Assembly: GCF_036321535.1 (NCBI RefSeq)
Contig: NC_087436.1
Coordinates: 17,670,001 to 17,734,000 of the forward strand
Direction: 5' to 3'
Length of the DNA: 64,000 bases
Origin: Camelus dromedarius
Lineage: Eukaryota
Shown: positions 1 to 14,149 of the stretch, in pieces
Layout: every line of letters starts with the position of its first letter
How positions within the stretch are numbered: position 1 is the first letter of the stretch
The notes under the pieces: generated by a model
Database searches by the model: none
Told to the model about the DNA's origin: nothing
The model's input: the letters and a program-made list of their open reading frames with translations, nothing else
Made by a program: the position numbers and the translations under genes

Positions 1-269
1 ATTCAGGCACCTAGGCATTGCCCCCAACAGTTCTGAAGCAGAATCTTTGGGAGCAGAGCCCAGAAACCACTGAGATAATCTGATCATATCTGAGTCCTAG
101 GGCTCTGCAGGGGTAGTTCCAGGAGTGCTGTAGGAGTGACGAGAAAGCTTCATGAGGATTCCCCATTCCACTTTAAAATCTTGATGTATTAGGTTTCTAT
201 TTACAATTTCATTTGAAGGAAAAATGGGATGGATGTTCCACTGTCTTCAAAAAAAAAGAAAAAGGCACC

Positions 270-385
270 TGCAGTTTTCAGATGAAGAACCCAGTCCCAT
301 AAAGGCCCAAGGTCAACCAGCTCATGAGGACAAATCCAAGTTCTGATGCTTGTTCCAGGGTTTTTTCCATTACATCACAGTGAAT
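270..385 (-). mobile_element. MIR SINE remnant
   Basis: cagttttcagatgaagaa...cccaaggtc...ttttttccattacatcacag resembles the reverse-complemented MIR core and 5' end. Confidence 0.55.
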
Positions 386-1234
386 CTTCCTGCTGTTGAG
401 ATATGCTCTGGCCAGAGCCTTGGCTGATGCAGAAGATTTACAAATACCAGATGCGTTTACATAAATACAAAATTAGCACTTCAATGGAGCTTTTTCAAAC
501 CGGAGTATTATGGTTTTCACATGAACCACTCGGTTAATCAGGCAGGCTGCAGGAACTTGAAAGCAGGTAGAGAAGGACTTGGTGGTCTGGATCCCTGACC
601 TCCACCTCCATCCATGGAAGCCCTGCTCTGGAAGGAGCTGGACCTCTTGCTGTATCTTTCCACTTGTCCTATTTCTCCAGCACTTCTGGGCTTTTGAAGG
701 CCCAGAGTGGTGGGGGCAGCCCTCTCATTTTCAAAATTTTTCTTCATTCATTTTCTACAGCCTGTTTGGAAAAGCATGGTCCATGAATTGCAGTGAAAGG
801 CCATAACTGCACCAGGGATAAGCTCAGCATTCAGGCTGCCTCTTCCAGGGATTCAAATCTAGGCAACTGAAAATTGTTAGCTAAGAGAAGGAAGTCCCAA
901 GGAAAAGTCTGCTAAAAACAGTGGAGGAACCCCTGATCTCAAAGCTCATCTGATAAGACTCACCAAATATTTCTACCTTTGTGTACATGCATTAATCAAA
1001 GTAAACAAACATGTGACAATTTGAGTTCCTTGTTTCTCTTAAAAAAAAAAAGTATTCTCTACCCAACCCACTCACCCTAGTGAAATTGTAAATAGAAACT
1101 CCTTAGATGTAGTGATGTGTAGCAACTGTATATGCTGAGATTTATGCAATGTGTCATATATAAACATACTGTAATAATATCCAGGTAAGAGATTCATAAT
1201 AAATACCTCTGGAAACTATTTTAGACAGTAGTAC

Positions 1235-1318
1235 TATATATATATATATATAATATATATACATATTATATATATTATATATATACTCACATACACACAC
1301 ACACATACATACACACAC
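1235..1318. repeat. Compound (TA)n/(CA)n microsatellite
   Basis: Directly visible dinucleotide runs. Confidence 0.95.
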
Positions 1319-1767
1319 TATTACTTTTGACATCTTGGAATAATCAGGTGAGGTTCCCAATAACTATAATTTATGATAACTAGATGGACATGGTAATGTA
1401 TAGGTATCCACTTGTCATTCCTGGTTAAATATGTGTATATGTTCATGTTTGTTCTAGAGACATAAGGAACTCTGCAACCACAGCTGGTACATGAGTTCAC
1501 TGCGCCTACCTGAAACCAGGTGCATCAAGGTGGACACCTATGGGACCTGTGGGTGGATGGTTTCTGTTCCCCAAACAAAAAGTGGAGAGGAATAGTCATG
1601 ATGTATTGGGAAGCCAGAGACTGGTGACCTTGTATACATCGAGGTAAAGAGGGAGCAAAAAATTTAAATAAACAAAAGAATCTGCTAGAAGGAAGAAAAG
1701 GGCCAAAACAGACACTTAGAGAGAAGCTAAAACTCCATGAATGAGATAAAAACTGAACAAACAAAAA

Positions 1768-3167
1768 CATGTGGTAAGTCTATTTTCAGTCTTTTGAGGA
1801 ATCTCCATACTGTTTTCCATAATGGCTGCACCAAACTGCATTCCCACCAGCAGAGAAGAAGGGTTCCCTTTTCTCCACACCCTCTCCAGCATTTATTGTT
1901 CATGGACTTTTGAATGATGGCCATTCTGACTGATGTGAGGTGATACCTCATGGTAGTTTTGATTTGCATTTCTCTGATAATCAGCATACTGAGCATTTTT
2001 TCCTGTGCCTATTGGCCATTTGTATGTCTTCACCGGAGAATTGCTTGTTTAGTTCTTCAGCTCATTTTTGGATTGGGTTGTTGTTTATATATTCTGGAAA
2101 TTAATCCCTTGTCAGTCTCATCTTTTGCAAATATATTCTCCCATTCTGTAGGTTGTCGTTTTATTTTACTTATGGTTTCCTTTGCTGTGCAAAAGCTTGT
2201 AATTTTAATTAGGTCCCGTTTGTTTATTTTTGCTTTTATTTCTATTGCCTGGGTAGACTGCCCGAGGAGAATATTGCTAAAATTTATGTCAGATAAGGTT
2301 TTGCCTATGTTCTCTTCTCAGAGGTTTATAGTATCTTGTCTTGTGTTTAAGTCTTTAAGCCATTTTGAGGTTTTTTTGTTGTGTATGGTGTGAGAGTGTT
2401 CTAACTTCATTGACTTACATGCAGCTGTCCAGTTTTCCCAACATCATTTGCTGAAGAGACTGTCTTTACTCCATTGTACGTTCTTGCCTCCTTTGTCAAA
2501 GATTAATTGATCAAAAGCTTGTGGGTTTATTTCTGGGCTCTCTATTCTGTTCCATTGATCCATATGTCTGTTTTTGTACCATTACCATTCTGTTTTGATT
2601 ACTGTAGTATAATCCAGCAATCCCACTCCTGAGTATATATCCAGAGGAAACCTCAACTCAAAAAGATACATGCACCCCAATGTTCACAGCAGTACTATTT
2701 ACAGTGGCCAGGACATGGAAACAACCTAAATGTCCATTGACAGATGACTGGATAAAGAAGCTGTGGTATATTTATACAGTGGAATACTACTCAGCCATAA
2801 ACAAGAATAAAATAATGCCATTTGCAGCAACATAGGTGGACCTGGAGAATGTCATTCTAAGTGAAGTAAGCCAGAAAGAAAAACAAAAATACCATATGAT
2901 ATCAGTTGTATGTGGAATCTAAAGAAAAAGACAAACAAACTTATTTACAAAACAGAAACAGACTCACAGACATAGAAAACACACTTATGGTTACCAGCAG
3001 GGAAGGGGATAGGAAGGGATAAATTGGGAGTTCAAGATTTGCAGATACTAATTAATACATAAAACAGATAAACAACAAGTTTATACTGTATAGCACAAGG
3101 AACTATATTCAATATCTTGTAATAATATGGCGAAAAGAACTTGAAAATGCATATATGAAAAAAAAAA
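1768..3167 (+). mobile_element. Young lineage-specific LINE-1, 5'-truncated with 5' inversion (1768-2607 minus, 2608-3167 plus)
   Basis: Minus frame gives the ORF2 C-terminal motif [44 protein letters not shown]; plus part has the ORF2 end and 3' UTR with an A-run at 3158-3167. Confidence 0.93.
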
Positions 3168-3944
3168 GTTCCATGAGTGAGATCAAGAAAGAGCAGTTCC
3201 ATTTTCAATGGCTTTCCTCTTCTAGTTCAGACCACATGCATTCTCCCAAAAAGCCACCGTTGCATGGATTGTTAGAACAGTTCTCTATTCCTCCCAATAG
3301 AAGCAAAAATTCCTAAGTAAATATTCAGCAAGAAACATTGAATTTGTATTTTATTTCATAGAGAGCCTTAAATTTGAAAACCCCTGACTTTATGATGTTC
3401 AAATGATTTACCTAATACAAGTTTGTGTGTGTGGTTCTGTTGCTGTTAGGGCTATTAAAAAAAAGAAATAAAAATAAGTGGGCATGATGCTTATTTGTAT
3501 TTTCAATTAATTAAAAATTATGTGGCATACAGTTTTTAATTATTCGACTATTTTATGATTTTCTTCCAATTGAATGAAGGATTTAAGGAATGTTACCAGT
3601 TTCACAAGTTGAGAGTTAGATAAAAGCTAAGAAGTATGTGAGATTTTACTAATTCTTTTCTTCTTTAACTTTCCACTAAGCTGATGTATCTCAAAAGAGT
3701 CTGCCCAATTTTTTTCAAAGTAAAATTACCTCTGGACTCTGACCATGCATTTTTCAAGCATGGATAATTTAAATCTAAAAGAGATTATTTCAGAAAGCTT
3801 TGAACAATGGAAAGGAATGGCTTATAATGAAAATTACTTTCTCCATCTAACACAGAATCGTATTGTAATAAGGGATTCTCATATACTCGGATGTAGCTAT
3901 TTCCTCACACGGTCTTACATGAAATAGAATCTAAATAGGAGCCA

Positions 3945-4110
3945 TTATGGTTCCAGGGACTGGGCACTGAAACAGGAGTCAGAACTCAGGATCCAGCCTT
4001 GGTTCTGCTTCTAACATGCTACATGAGCTGGACCATAGTCACCTTCTCCACCTAGTTCTGTTTTTTTCTCTGAAAAACATGGACTTCAACTAAATCAGAT
4101 ATCCCTTATT
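3945..4110 (+). mobile_element. MIR SINE remnant
   Basis: caggagtcagaactcaggatccagccttggttctgcttctaac...gtcaccttctc resembles the MIR 5' end and core. Confidence 0.6.
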
Positions 4111-4479
4111 ACACTGAAGGGCTACTTGCCTTTTATCTGAAAATTTCTGGAAGCTCATTTAGAGATAGGAGTGACACTAAATATACCACATAGAGTAGCT
4201 AAGCTTTGTAATTACCTGTATTCCTTTTCTATAACTTGGGTACGGTGGGAACAACCTGCTTAGACAGCCACAAGAAAATGACTCTGTATCTACTAAATAG
4301 GGACTGCTATACTAAATGATCTCTAAGGCCAATTTCTGCACAAAAAGAATATGATTCTCATTCCAAATAGACAAAGTGTATCATTGCTGTCCCTACCAAG
4401 TGATACACAGGATAGAAATTGGAGCTTTGGCCAACCGAATGTTAGAGCAAAAATTTTTCAGTACCCGATAAAATGGCAA

Positions 4480-5005
4480 GTAGCATGGTGGGTGGCTCTC
4501 TCACCTGAACTTAAACCTAGAGAGATACCAACATACAATATCTGAAGGCAAAGAGCATAGAATGTTGGTAATGATAAACCAGGGTAGTTGGTGGGCAGAA
4601 GTACTTGTTTAATTCAGGAAGAAGATAGGCTATAGAAACTTAAAAATGAATAAGGAAAATAAATTTAGGCATGAGCCCTAATAGGTTAGGAGGAGTCTGC
4701 CAAAAAATAAAAATAAAAGAGTAACTTTAAAGTCAGTGACTAGAAGACAGGAAGGAAAACAAAATAGAAGCAAACAGAATATATACAGTAACATGAAAGA
4801 ACATATATTTTAGCAGTAACTACAATAAATGTAATTTTTTTAAATTCACAGATCAAAAGAAAGACTTTTAGATTGGACTAAAAAGGACAAGTTCCAGCAA
4901 TACATCCAACATGGGAGGCACATTAAGAGTAGCAGAGTATAGAAAAGCTGAAAATGATAAAATGGGGGAGGGTGGTAATGCATCAAATAAAGATGTAAGG
5001 TGTAA
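4480..5005 (+). mobile_element. Ancient L1M remnant (inter-ORF/ORF2 start)
   Basis: A-rich; gtaactacaataaatgtaa...aattcacagatcaaaagaaagacttttagattggact resembles a degraded ORF2 N-terminus. Confidence 0.5.
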
Positions 5006-5009
5006 TCTG

Positions 5010-8000
5010 AACTTTGTTTCAGCTCCCACGTGTGAAGTCATGTCCTCGCAACAACCAAAAGGTGAACAAACAGAAAATCAGTGACTTTTCTTGAATAAAT
5101 TAGAGAACTGAGTTTGCAGGGCAAACTGCCATCTCAAAATCTAGGAAGACAGGCAAACCCAGAGAGTCACAGCCAAGATCTGCTCACCTGGAACAGAGCT
5201 GTGGAAGCTAAAAACTGATAGGAACACTTAAGTGGTAATTTTGATTAATTTCTGAACGTTGAGTGTGTACTAGTTTAAGAATGAAAGAATCCTAGAGCCA
5301 CATGGTCTTTATCTCCAGGAATCCCACCAGGTTCTCAAGGTGAAGATCCAAGTAAGATCCCCTCGTGGTTCTCAAGGAAATGGAGGAATAATCCTTGGTT
5401 AATACACCCAGAGCCTTCTCTATTTAAAATAAAATCCTACTTTCCAGGAAGAAATACTTTAGCAGAGCCTGTGAAATAGCTGTAGGGGGAGGATGGTCCT
5501 CTCACTCCGGTCTTCCTGTCTCACCTAACCCGAGTGGGGAGCTATACAGGAAGAAATGCTTGTGAAGGTCACAAACCAAAGACACTGGTTCACCAAAAGA
5601 CTGAGACTTAATTGGAGTGTTACAGAATACTCTTCCACCCCTGTACCTTACAACCATACCAGTAAGGTTCCAGGATCATAATAGTAGATTACAGCTGAAA
5701 GAAACAGATTCTTTCTGAGGAGGAATACTAAAGGAAACCAAAAGTCAAAAGAAGAGACAAAACCAAGATATAGAGGAATTTGCAGGCTCTGACACCAATA
5801 CCTGCAGAAAACGTTAAATAAAGCCTAACTCCTAACCAGATGAACATATATTCTTAAACTGGAAGCCTTTTTACCTGTTTCTATAACCAGTTACATGTCC
5901 AGCTTTCAATCAAAAAAAATATATAAGACATATCAAAAAGTAAGAAAAATACAATCCAAAGAGACAAGCAATCATTAGAAGAATGAGATATGACACATAT
6001 TTTGGGATTATCTGAAAGGGAATTTTAAAAGTCTGTAAATAATATGTAAAGGGCTATCATTAACAAAAAAAAAAAGCAGAAAACGTGCAAGAATAGAAGA
6101 ATAATGCAAGAAAAGAGATGGAAATTCTCAGAAAAAAATCAAAAGTAAATGCTGGATATCAAAAACACTGTACCAGAAATGAAAAATTCCTTTGATGAGT
6201 CCATCAAAGTCTACCCATCAGCAGACTGGACACAGCCAAGGGAAGAATCAGTGAGCTTGAATATATGCTAATAGAAACTTCACAAACTAAAATGCAAAGA
6301 GAAAAATGAACAATAAAAAAAGAAAATATCCAAGAACTTTGGAAAAATTATTTTTGAAACACTGATTATCAGAATAAGAACAAGAAGAAAAAAAGGAAAA
6401 GAAATATTTGAAGTAATAATGGCTAAGAATGTTCCAAAATTAATGACAGACACCAAGGCACAGATCTATAATGCTCAGAAAATGCAAAAGAGAATAAATA
6501 CCAAAAAATTCAAAAATACACCTATACATATATTTAATTATAGAAAAAATAAAAACAGAGAAAACAATCGTGAAAGAAGCCATGTCAAAAACATGTTATC
6601 TACGGAGCAATAAGGATAAGAACTTCCCCAGACTTCTTATCAGAAACCATGTAAGCAGGAAGAGATTGGAAAAGAATATCTAAAGTGTTGGAAAAAACCC
6701 ATCAACCTAAGATTCTATATTCATCAAAATTGTCTTTCAAAAGTGAAGGAGAAATAAATACTTTCTTAAATAAAGATTCAGGGAATTCATTGCCAGCAGA
6801 ACTGCCCTGTAAGAAATGTTAAAAGATTTTCTTCATGCAGAAGGAAACCTGGATTTATATAAATAAAGATCATCAGAGAAGAAATAAAGGTAAAATAAGG
6901 TATTTTTATTATTATTATTAGTTGATCTGAAAATAACTATTTAAAGTAATAATATAACAATGTGTTGGGTGACTATAGCATATATATAAGTGAAATGAGT
7001 GATCACAATGTTATAGAAAGACAACAAAGAGGAACAGAAATACTCTAAGATGCCTGCATTATACATGAAGCAAAATAGTGTTATTTGAAGATGGATTTAG
7101 AATAGTTTAAAATGAATATTATAAATTCTAGGCATCCACTAAAAATTTTTTTGAGAAAAATAGTGTAATGCTGAGAGGAGATAAAATAGGATCATATAAA
7201 ATACTCAATCAAAAACAGAAGGAATAAAAAGACAGTTCTGGCAACAAATATAAAACAGTTTAAAACATTAATATTAACCCAAATATATCACTTTAAATAT
7301 GCATGGTCTAAGTGCACTAATTAAATGACAGAGACTATCAGAGTAGATTAAAAAAACAAGATCCAATTGTAGTTATCTGCAAGAAACACACTTTAAATAT
7401 AAAGACACAATCAAATTAAAAGCAAAGGGAAAAAAAACTAATTAATAGGAAGTTGGAGTAGCAACATTAATTTCAGACAGAGTAGACTTCAATACAAGGA
7501 AACTTATCAGAAATAAAAAGCAGAATTACATAATAGGAAAGGATTAATACCACAAAAAGACATCACTTCTAAACATATATTCACCTAAACACAAAATGTC
7601 AAAATACGTGAGATTAAAAACTGATAGAACTGAAAGGAGAAATAGAAAATGCACAGTTATAGTTGGAGAGCTCAACACCTCCCTCTTAATAATTGATAGA
7701 TCAAGCAGGCAGAAAATCAGTAAAGATACAGTTGTCTTGAACAGCACTATCAATCAACTTGATCTAACTGACGTTTATAGATCACTCTGTCCAACACCAT
7801 CAGTTAACACATTCCTCTCAGGCTCACATGAAACACCACGATAAATGACATTCTGGCTATGAAATATACCTTAGCAAATTTGAAAGAATAGAAATCATAT
7901 AAAGCATGTCCTCAGACCACAATAAAATTAAACTAAAAATCAAAGAAAGATATCTGGAATATCTCAAAATATATGGAAATTAAACACCACACTTTAAAAT

Positions 8001-10643
8001 AGTACCTGGGTTAAAAACTTCTCAAGAGAATTGAACTAAATGAAAGTGAAAATGAAACTTTTGTAAAAATCTGTGGAATGCAGTAAAGGCAGTGCTTAGA
8101 GGGAAATCACTAGCATTAAATGCATACATTTTTATAAATAAAGAAAAATTTTAAATCCATAAACTAAACTTCCACCATAGAAAAATGGAGAAAGAATATT
8201 TAAGCCTAAAACCAGCAAAAGAAAAGGAATGATAAAAGTAGAGCCAGATTCTATAAAACTGAAAACAAGAAAAGAGTAGAGAAAATCAATGAAACCAACA
8301 GCTGGTTCTTCAAAATGATGAGTGAAATTAATAAACCTCTAGTCAGACTAACCAAGAAGAAGGCAAAGACACAAATGACCAATGTCAAAAATGAAAGAGG
8401 GATCATCATTACTAATCCCATAGCCATTGAGAGGATAATAAAGAAATATTATGAGTAACAAACTTGATGATTTAGATGAAATGGAGCAATTCTTGCAAAG
8501 ACACAAGCAACTAAAACCCACACAAGGAGAAGTAGCCTTAATAAATATATATATATTATATATAATATATTTAATTAATATTTAATAGCCTCCCCAGAAA
8601 GAAAATACCTGGTCCAGATGGTTTCAGTGGTGAACTTTACAAAATATTCAAGAAAGAAAGGATATCAATTCTCCACAATCTCTTCAAGAAGATAGAAGCA
8701 GAAACAATACTTCCTAATTCATTTTTTTGAAACCAGTGTTACCGTACTACCAAAGTCAGATACAGACAAAACAAAAAACAAAAAACGGACCATGTCTTTC
8801 AGAAACACAGATGGAAGAATCCTTAACAAAATATTACCAAACTGAATCCAACAATGTGTACAAAAAGTTACATACCACAACTAAATGATACTTACTCCAG
8901 GCATACAAGGCTGGCTCCACATTTAAAAATAAATCAGTGTAGTCAATTACATCAGTAGATTAAAGAACAATCATATTATCATATCAATTGATACAGAAAA
9001 ATTACTTGACAAAATCCAACATCTATACGTGATTTAAAAAACTTCAAGCAAAGTGATAATAAAGGAAAATTCCTCAACTTGATAACAAATATCTATTAAA
9101 AACCTATAGCTAACATTACACTTAATGGTGGGAAATTGGATGCGTTCCTCCTAAGATAAGAACAAAAGAAGTATGTCCTCTCTCCCACTCCTATTCAATG
9201 TTGCACTGGAACTGAGCAATAAAATAAGAAAAAAAAGAGTCATAGCGATTGAAAATGAAGAAATAAAACTCTCTGTTTACAGATGACATCATTGTCTACA
9301 TAGAAAATCCCAAAGCGCAACAATAAGAAAAATCTCTTGGAACTAATAAGTGAGCATGGCAAAGTTGCAGGACACGTGGTTAATACAAAATAGTTAATAA
9401 AATGCCAACTGAGTTCCTATATACTAACAATGAATTTGAACATTTTATTCAAAAGCATTTATGATAGCACCTAACAAACTGAAATACTAAGGTATAAATC
9501 TAAAAATAAATGTACAGAATGTATATATGAAAAACTACAAAATATAAAAAATTACTACTGATAAAAGAAATCAAAGAAGCCCTAAAAAACGGAGGAAGAT
9601 ATTCTGTGTTCATGGATTTGAAGACTCAGTATTATTAAGACGTCAATTCTTCACAACTTGATTTATTGATTTAGTGCAATCCTAATTAAAATCTCATCAA
9701 TCTATTTCATAGAGAGTAGACAAATTGATTCTACAGTTTATCAGGCAGGACAAAGAATGGCAAACCACGTGAGCCAGATTTTCTCATTGCCAGAGTTACA
9801 GATAAGCAGGGGGAGAACTCTAGAATGACGGTGTAATGCACTAGAGTTGGAGACATCAATATGAACTCATATTTAGCTGAATATAGATACAGATGGTAAC
9901 ATAGAAATATTTATTGTTATGCATATATATATGGTTACTATACTCACATATATTTTCTTGCTTTGTCCACTGAGCGGTCCTAGAAGCAATGACACCCATT
10001 AGCAACAAGAACACCTAGGACCAAAATCTTGGTTTCTAATACCATTCTCCAATTAAAGAAACCAGCGTTCCTTGGAGAAATGGTTGATTCTAGGACTGGA
10101 TCAAGAAATCTGCAAGATGAGCCTGAAATATCTTTCAGCAGTAGAAAATAAGAAAATACTTAAAAAAAAAAAAAAAAAAAACCTTCGTTGATAAGATACA
10201 GCAAAGGAATACAGGAGCCAACTGAAAGGGTTCCCAAAGGCCAGAGTTAGAATAACTTTAGTAACAAAATGAAGTAGTATTGGATTATAACCCAAAGTAT
10301 ATATATACTTGAGTCCATACTGACATAAATAAATAACTGAATAAATAAATGCGGAGAATAGATAAGTCTCCCACGCAGAACTCCAAATAATTTACGTTGA
10401 TACTCCACCCTTAAGGAAGTGGAGCATAACTCTCTACCCCTTAAGTGTGCGCTGTGCATAGAGGGTACAGTAGGGAAAGAGAGAAAAGGGTAACTTCACA
10501 ACGGAGACACTTGACAAGCACTATTTCAAGACAGTTGGTCAAGGTTAATATCCACACTGATGGGTTATACTGATAAAATGTCCCCTTGATATGATGCGAG
10601 GAGAATGCCACTTTACCTCTGTGTCTTCCTCTCAGACACACAT
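5010..10643 (+). mobile_element. Near full-length ancient L1 (L1MC/L1MD-type): 5' UTR, ORF1, ORF2 EN+RT, 3' UTR; heavily decayed, ORF2 C-terminal part missing near 9750
   Basis: ORF1-like MAKNVPKLMTDTKAQIYNAQ (6419-6613); EN-like IVGELNTSL (~7660) and SDH (~7912); RT-like LFTDDIIVYIENP (~9272-9310); L1MC/MD-like 3' UTR (cctagaagcaatgacaccc...ccttggagaaatggttgattctagg). Confidence 0.88.
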
Positions 10644-10814
10644 TCTAGTTTTTAGTAAGTATAAACAATGCTGCAACAAACATCCTTGTAAATTGTAAAT
10701 TCATACAAATTTGTACTTCTATTTTTATGGGCAAGATTTTACTTTTATTTCTATAATAAAGATTCTGGAAGCAGAAGCACTGAGTAGAAGAGAATATGTA
10801 TTTTTTTTCCAGTT

Positions 10815-12275
10815 TTCCTGGGAAATAATTGACATACACTGCAATTTAAGTTTAAAGTGTACAGCATGATGGTTTGATTGACATATATTGTAAAATGACT
10901 ACCACAATAGTTTAGTTAACATCCATCATCTCATATGGATAGAATAAAAAGAAAAAAGATCTCACCTTGTGATGAGAACTTGTAGGATCTATTCTCTGAA
11001 CAGCTTTCCTATATATCATAACTGTAGTCATCATGTTCAATATTATATCCCTAGTACTTAGTTATCTTAAAACTGGAAGCTTATAGCTTTTGACCACTTT
11101 TCTTCAATTTCAGCTCTCCCCACTCCCTGCCTCTGGTAACCCCATATCTGATCTCTGTTTCATGAGTTTGGTGTTCTTGGATTTTTTGTTCATTTGCTTT
11201 TCAGATTCAACATATAAATGAGATTATACAGCATTTGTCTTTCTCTGTCTGACATTTCATTTAGCACAATGTCTTCAAGGTCCATCCATGTTGTCACAAA
11301 TGATAGGATTTTCTCATCTTTTGTTGCTGAATTATATATTTATACCACAACTTCTTTATCCATTCATCCACCAATGGACAGTTAGGTTGTTGCCATGTCT
11401 TGGCTATTGTAAATAATGTGTCTCTGAACTCAGGGGTACAGATATTTTTCCGAGTTAGTGTTTTCATTTTTAAAAATACATTCCCAGTAGTAAAATTGCT
11501 GGATTATATGGTAATATTTTTAATTTTTTTAGGCACTTCCATACTGTTTCCCAAGGTGGCTGTGCCAATTTACAACCCCACCAAGATTGCACAGGCTTCC
11601 CTCTTCTCCGCATCCACCCAACTTTTGCTATCTCTCGTCTTTTTGATAATAGCCATTCTAACAGACACGAAGTAATGTCTCATTTTGGTTTTAATTTGCA
11701 TTTCTATAATGACTAGTGATGTTAAACATCTTTTCATGTAATTATTGACCATTCATATGTCTTGTTGGAAAAATATCTATTCATATCCTTTGCCCATTTT
11801 TTAATTGTATTACTTGGGTGTTATTTTTTTTCTTTCAAGTCGCATGAGTTCTTTATATATTTTGGATATTAACCCTTTATCAGATATATGCTTTGCAAAT
11901 ATTTTTCCCCTTCTGCAGGTTGTCTTTTCAGTTTGTTGATGATCTCTTTGGCTGTGCAAAAGCTTTTTAGTTTGATGTAGTCCTACTTGTTTATTTTTTA
12001 TTTTGTTGCTTGTGCTTTCGGTGTGTTTTCCAAAAATTCACTACAAAGACCATGTCAAGGAATTTTTGTTCTGTGTTTTCGTCTAACAGTTTCATGATTT
12101 CAGACCTTACATTTAAGTCTTTAATCCATTTTGAGTTAATCTCTGTGAGAGGTGTAAGATAGGGTCAAGTATCATTCTTTTATGTGAGAATATCCAGTTT
12201 TCCCGGGAAAATTTTTTTAAGAGACTGTCTTGTCTCCATTGAACATTCTTGGCTCCTTTGTCAAATATTAGTTGA
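10815..12275 (-). mobile_element. L1 (L1MA9-like), 3' UTR plus ORF2 C-terminus, inserted in an older minus-strand L1
   Basis: Minus ORF MQIKTKMRHYFVSVRMAIIKKTRDSKSW; 3' end ttaagtttaaagtgtacagcatgatggtttg. Confidence 0.88.
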
Positions 12276-12530
12276 CTGAGAGAAGATTTGTTTTTAGTTT
12301 CCATAGACATTGCCATATTTCTTTCCCAAAATTCTACACATTGTAACATTCCCACCACCAAAATGTATCATACTGCTCTTTCCTCTGTATCCCTGTCCAA
12401 TGAGTATAATGTATATTTCATTGTCTCTTTAATGTGGCTTTCTCTGTCTTCTTGAATGTACACAACTATTCACATTTGTTGGCTATTTAAATTTGTCATT
12501 TTCTGAATTATCTATTAATATCTTACATCT

Positions 12531-13790
12531 ATTTTTTAATTGAAGTATAGTCAATTATAATGTGTCAATTTCTGGTGTACAGCATATTGTCCCAGTCATG
12601 CACATATATACATATATTTGTTTTCATATTCTTTTTTGCTAAAGGTTATTATAAGGTATTGAATATAGTTCCTTGTGCTATTCAGAAGAAATTTTTTATC
12701 TATTTTTATATATAGTAGATAACATTTGCAAATCTCAAACTCCCATTTATCCCTTCCCACCCCTTTTCCCCAGTAACCATAAGATTGTTTACTATGTCTG
12801 TGAGTCTGTTTCTTTTGTAGATGAGTTCATTAGTATCCTCTTTTTTCTTTCTTTTTTAGATTCCACATACAAGTGTTATCATATGGTATTTTTCTTTATC
12901 TCTCTGGCTTACTTCACTTAGAATGACAATCTCTAGGTCCATTCATGTTGCTGCAAATGGCATTATTTTATTCCTTTTTATTGCTGAGTAGTATTCCATT
13001 GTATAAATATACCACAACTTCTTTATCCAGACATCTGTTGATGGTCATTTAGGTTATTCCTTGTCTTGGCTACTGTAAATAGTACTGCTATGAACATTGG
13101 GGTGCATGTATCTTTTTGAATTAGAGTCCCCTCCAGATATATGCCCAGGAGTAGGATTGCTGGATCATATGGTAAGCCTATTTTTAGTCTTTTGAGGACT
13201 CTTCATATTGTTTTCCATATGGCTGCACCAAACTACATTCCCACCCATGGTGCAGGAGGGTTCCCTTTTCCCCACACCCTCTCCAACATTTATCACTTGT
13301 GGACTTTTGAATGATGGCCATTCTGACTGGTGTGAGGTGATACCTCATTATAGTTTTGATTTGCATTTCTCTGACAATTAGCAATATTGAGCATTTTTTC
13401 ATGTGCCTATTGACCATTTGTATGTCTTCACTGGAGAATTGCTTGTTTAGCTCTTCAGCTCATTTTTGGATTGGGTTGTTTGTTTTTTTCTTATTAAGTT
13501 GTATGAGCTATTTATATATTCTGGAAATCAAGCCTTTGTCAGTTCCATCATTTGCAAATATTTTCTCCCATTCTGCAAGTTGTCATTTTGTTTTGCCTAT
13601 GATTCCCTTTGCTATGCAAAAGCTTATAAGTTTAATTAGGTCTCATTTGTTTATTTTTGCTTTTATTTCTATTGCCTGGGTAGAGTGCTCTAGAAGAACA
13701 TGGCTAAGATTATGTTAGAGAAATTTTTCCTATGTTTTCTTCTAAGAGTTTTATAGTGTCTTGTCTTACATTTAAGTCTTTAATCCATTT
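12531..13790 (-). mobile_element. Young lineage-specific L1, 5'-truncated
   Basis: T-run then ttgaagtatagtcaattataatgtgtcaatttctggtgtacagc; minus ORF 13184-13417 [35 protein letters not shown]; close similarity to copies at 1768 and 41694. Confidence 0.93.
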
Positions 13791-14149
13791 TTAATTGAAT
13801 TGTTTATTTTGAGTAATGTAGAAGTTAATACTTTGTCATCTGAGTTACAAATGTTTTTTTCTTGTTCCATCATTGCCTATTGATACTTTACAGAATGTTT
13901 TGCCATACAAAATTTTAAATTTCTATGTAGTCAGTTATTTCTATCTCCTATTTTATAGCCTATAGATTTCCAGTATTGCTAGGAAGATCTCAGTTAATCC
14001 ATCTGTTCTGCATTTATTCTCATAGATTTTTGGCCAAGTTTTTTTTTTTATTATTATTTCTAAGCTCTTACTTGTCTGGAGTTTTTTATTTTGTATAAGA
14101 GGGCATATTTTCCTTTCTTTCCATATGAATAGCTAGTTGGCCGTTAGGT

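Noticed and set aside
1950..2393. 147-aa hydrophobic ORF resembling a membrane protein (also 13356-13718, 42801-43091)
   Set aside because: Antisense frame of L1 ORF2; recurs in each L1 copy.
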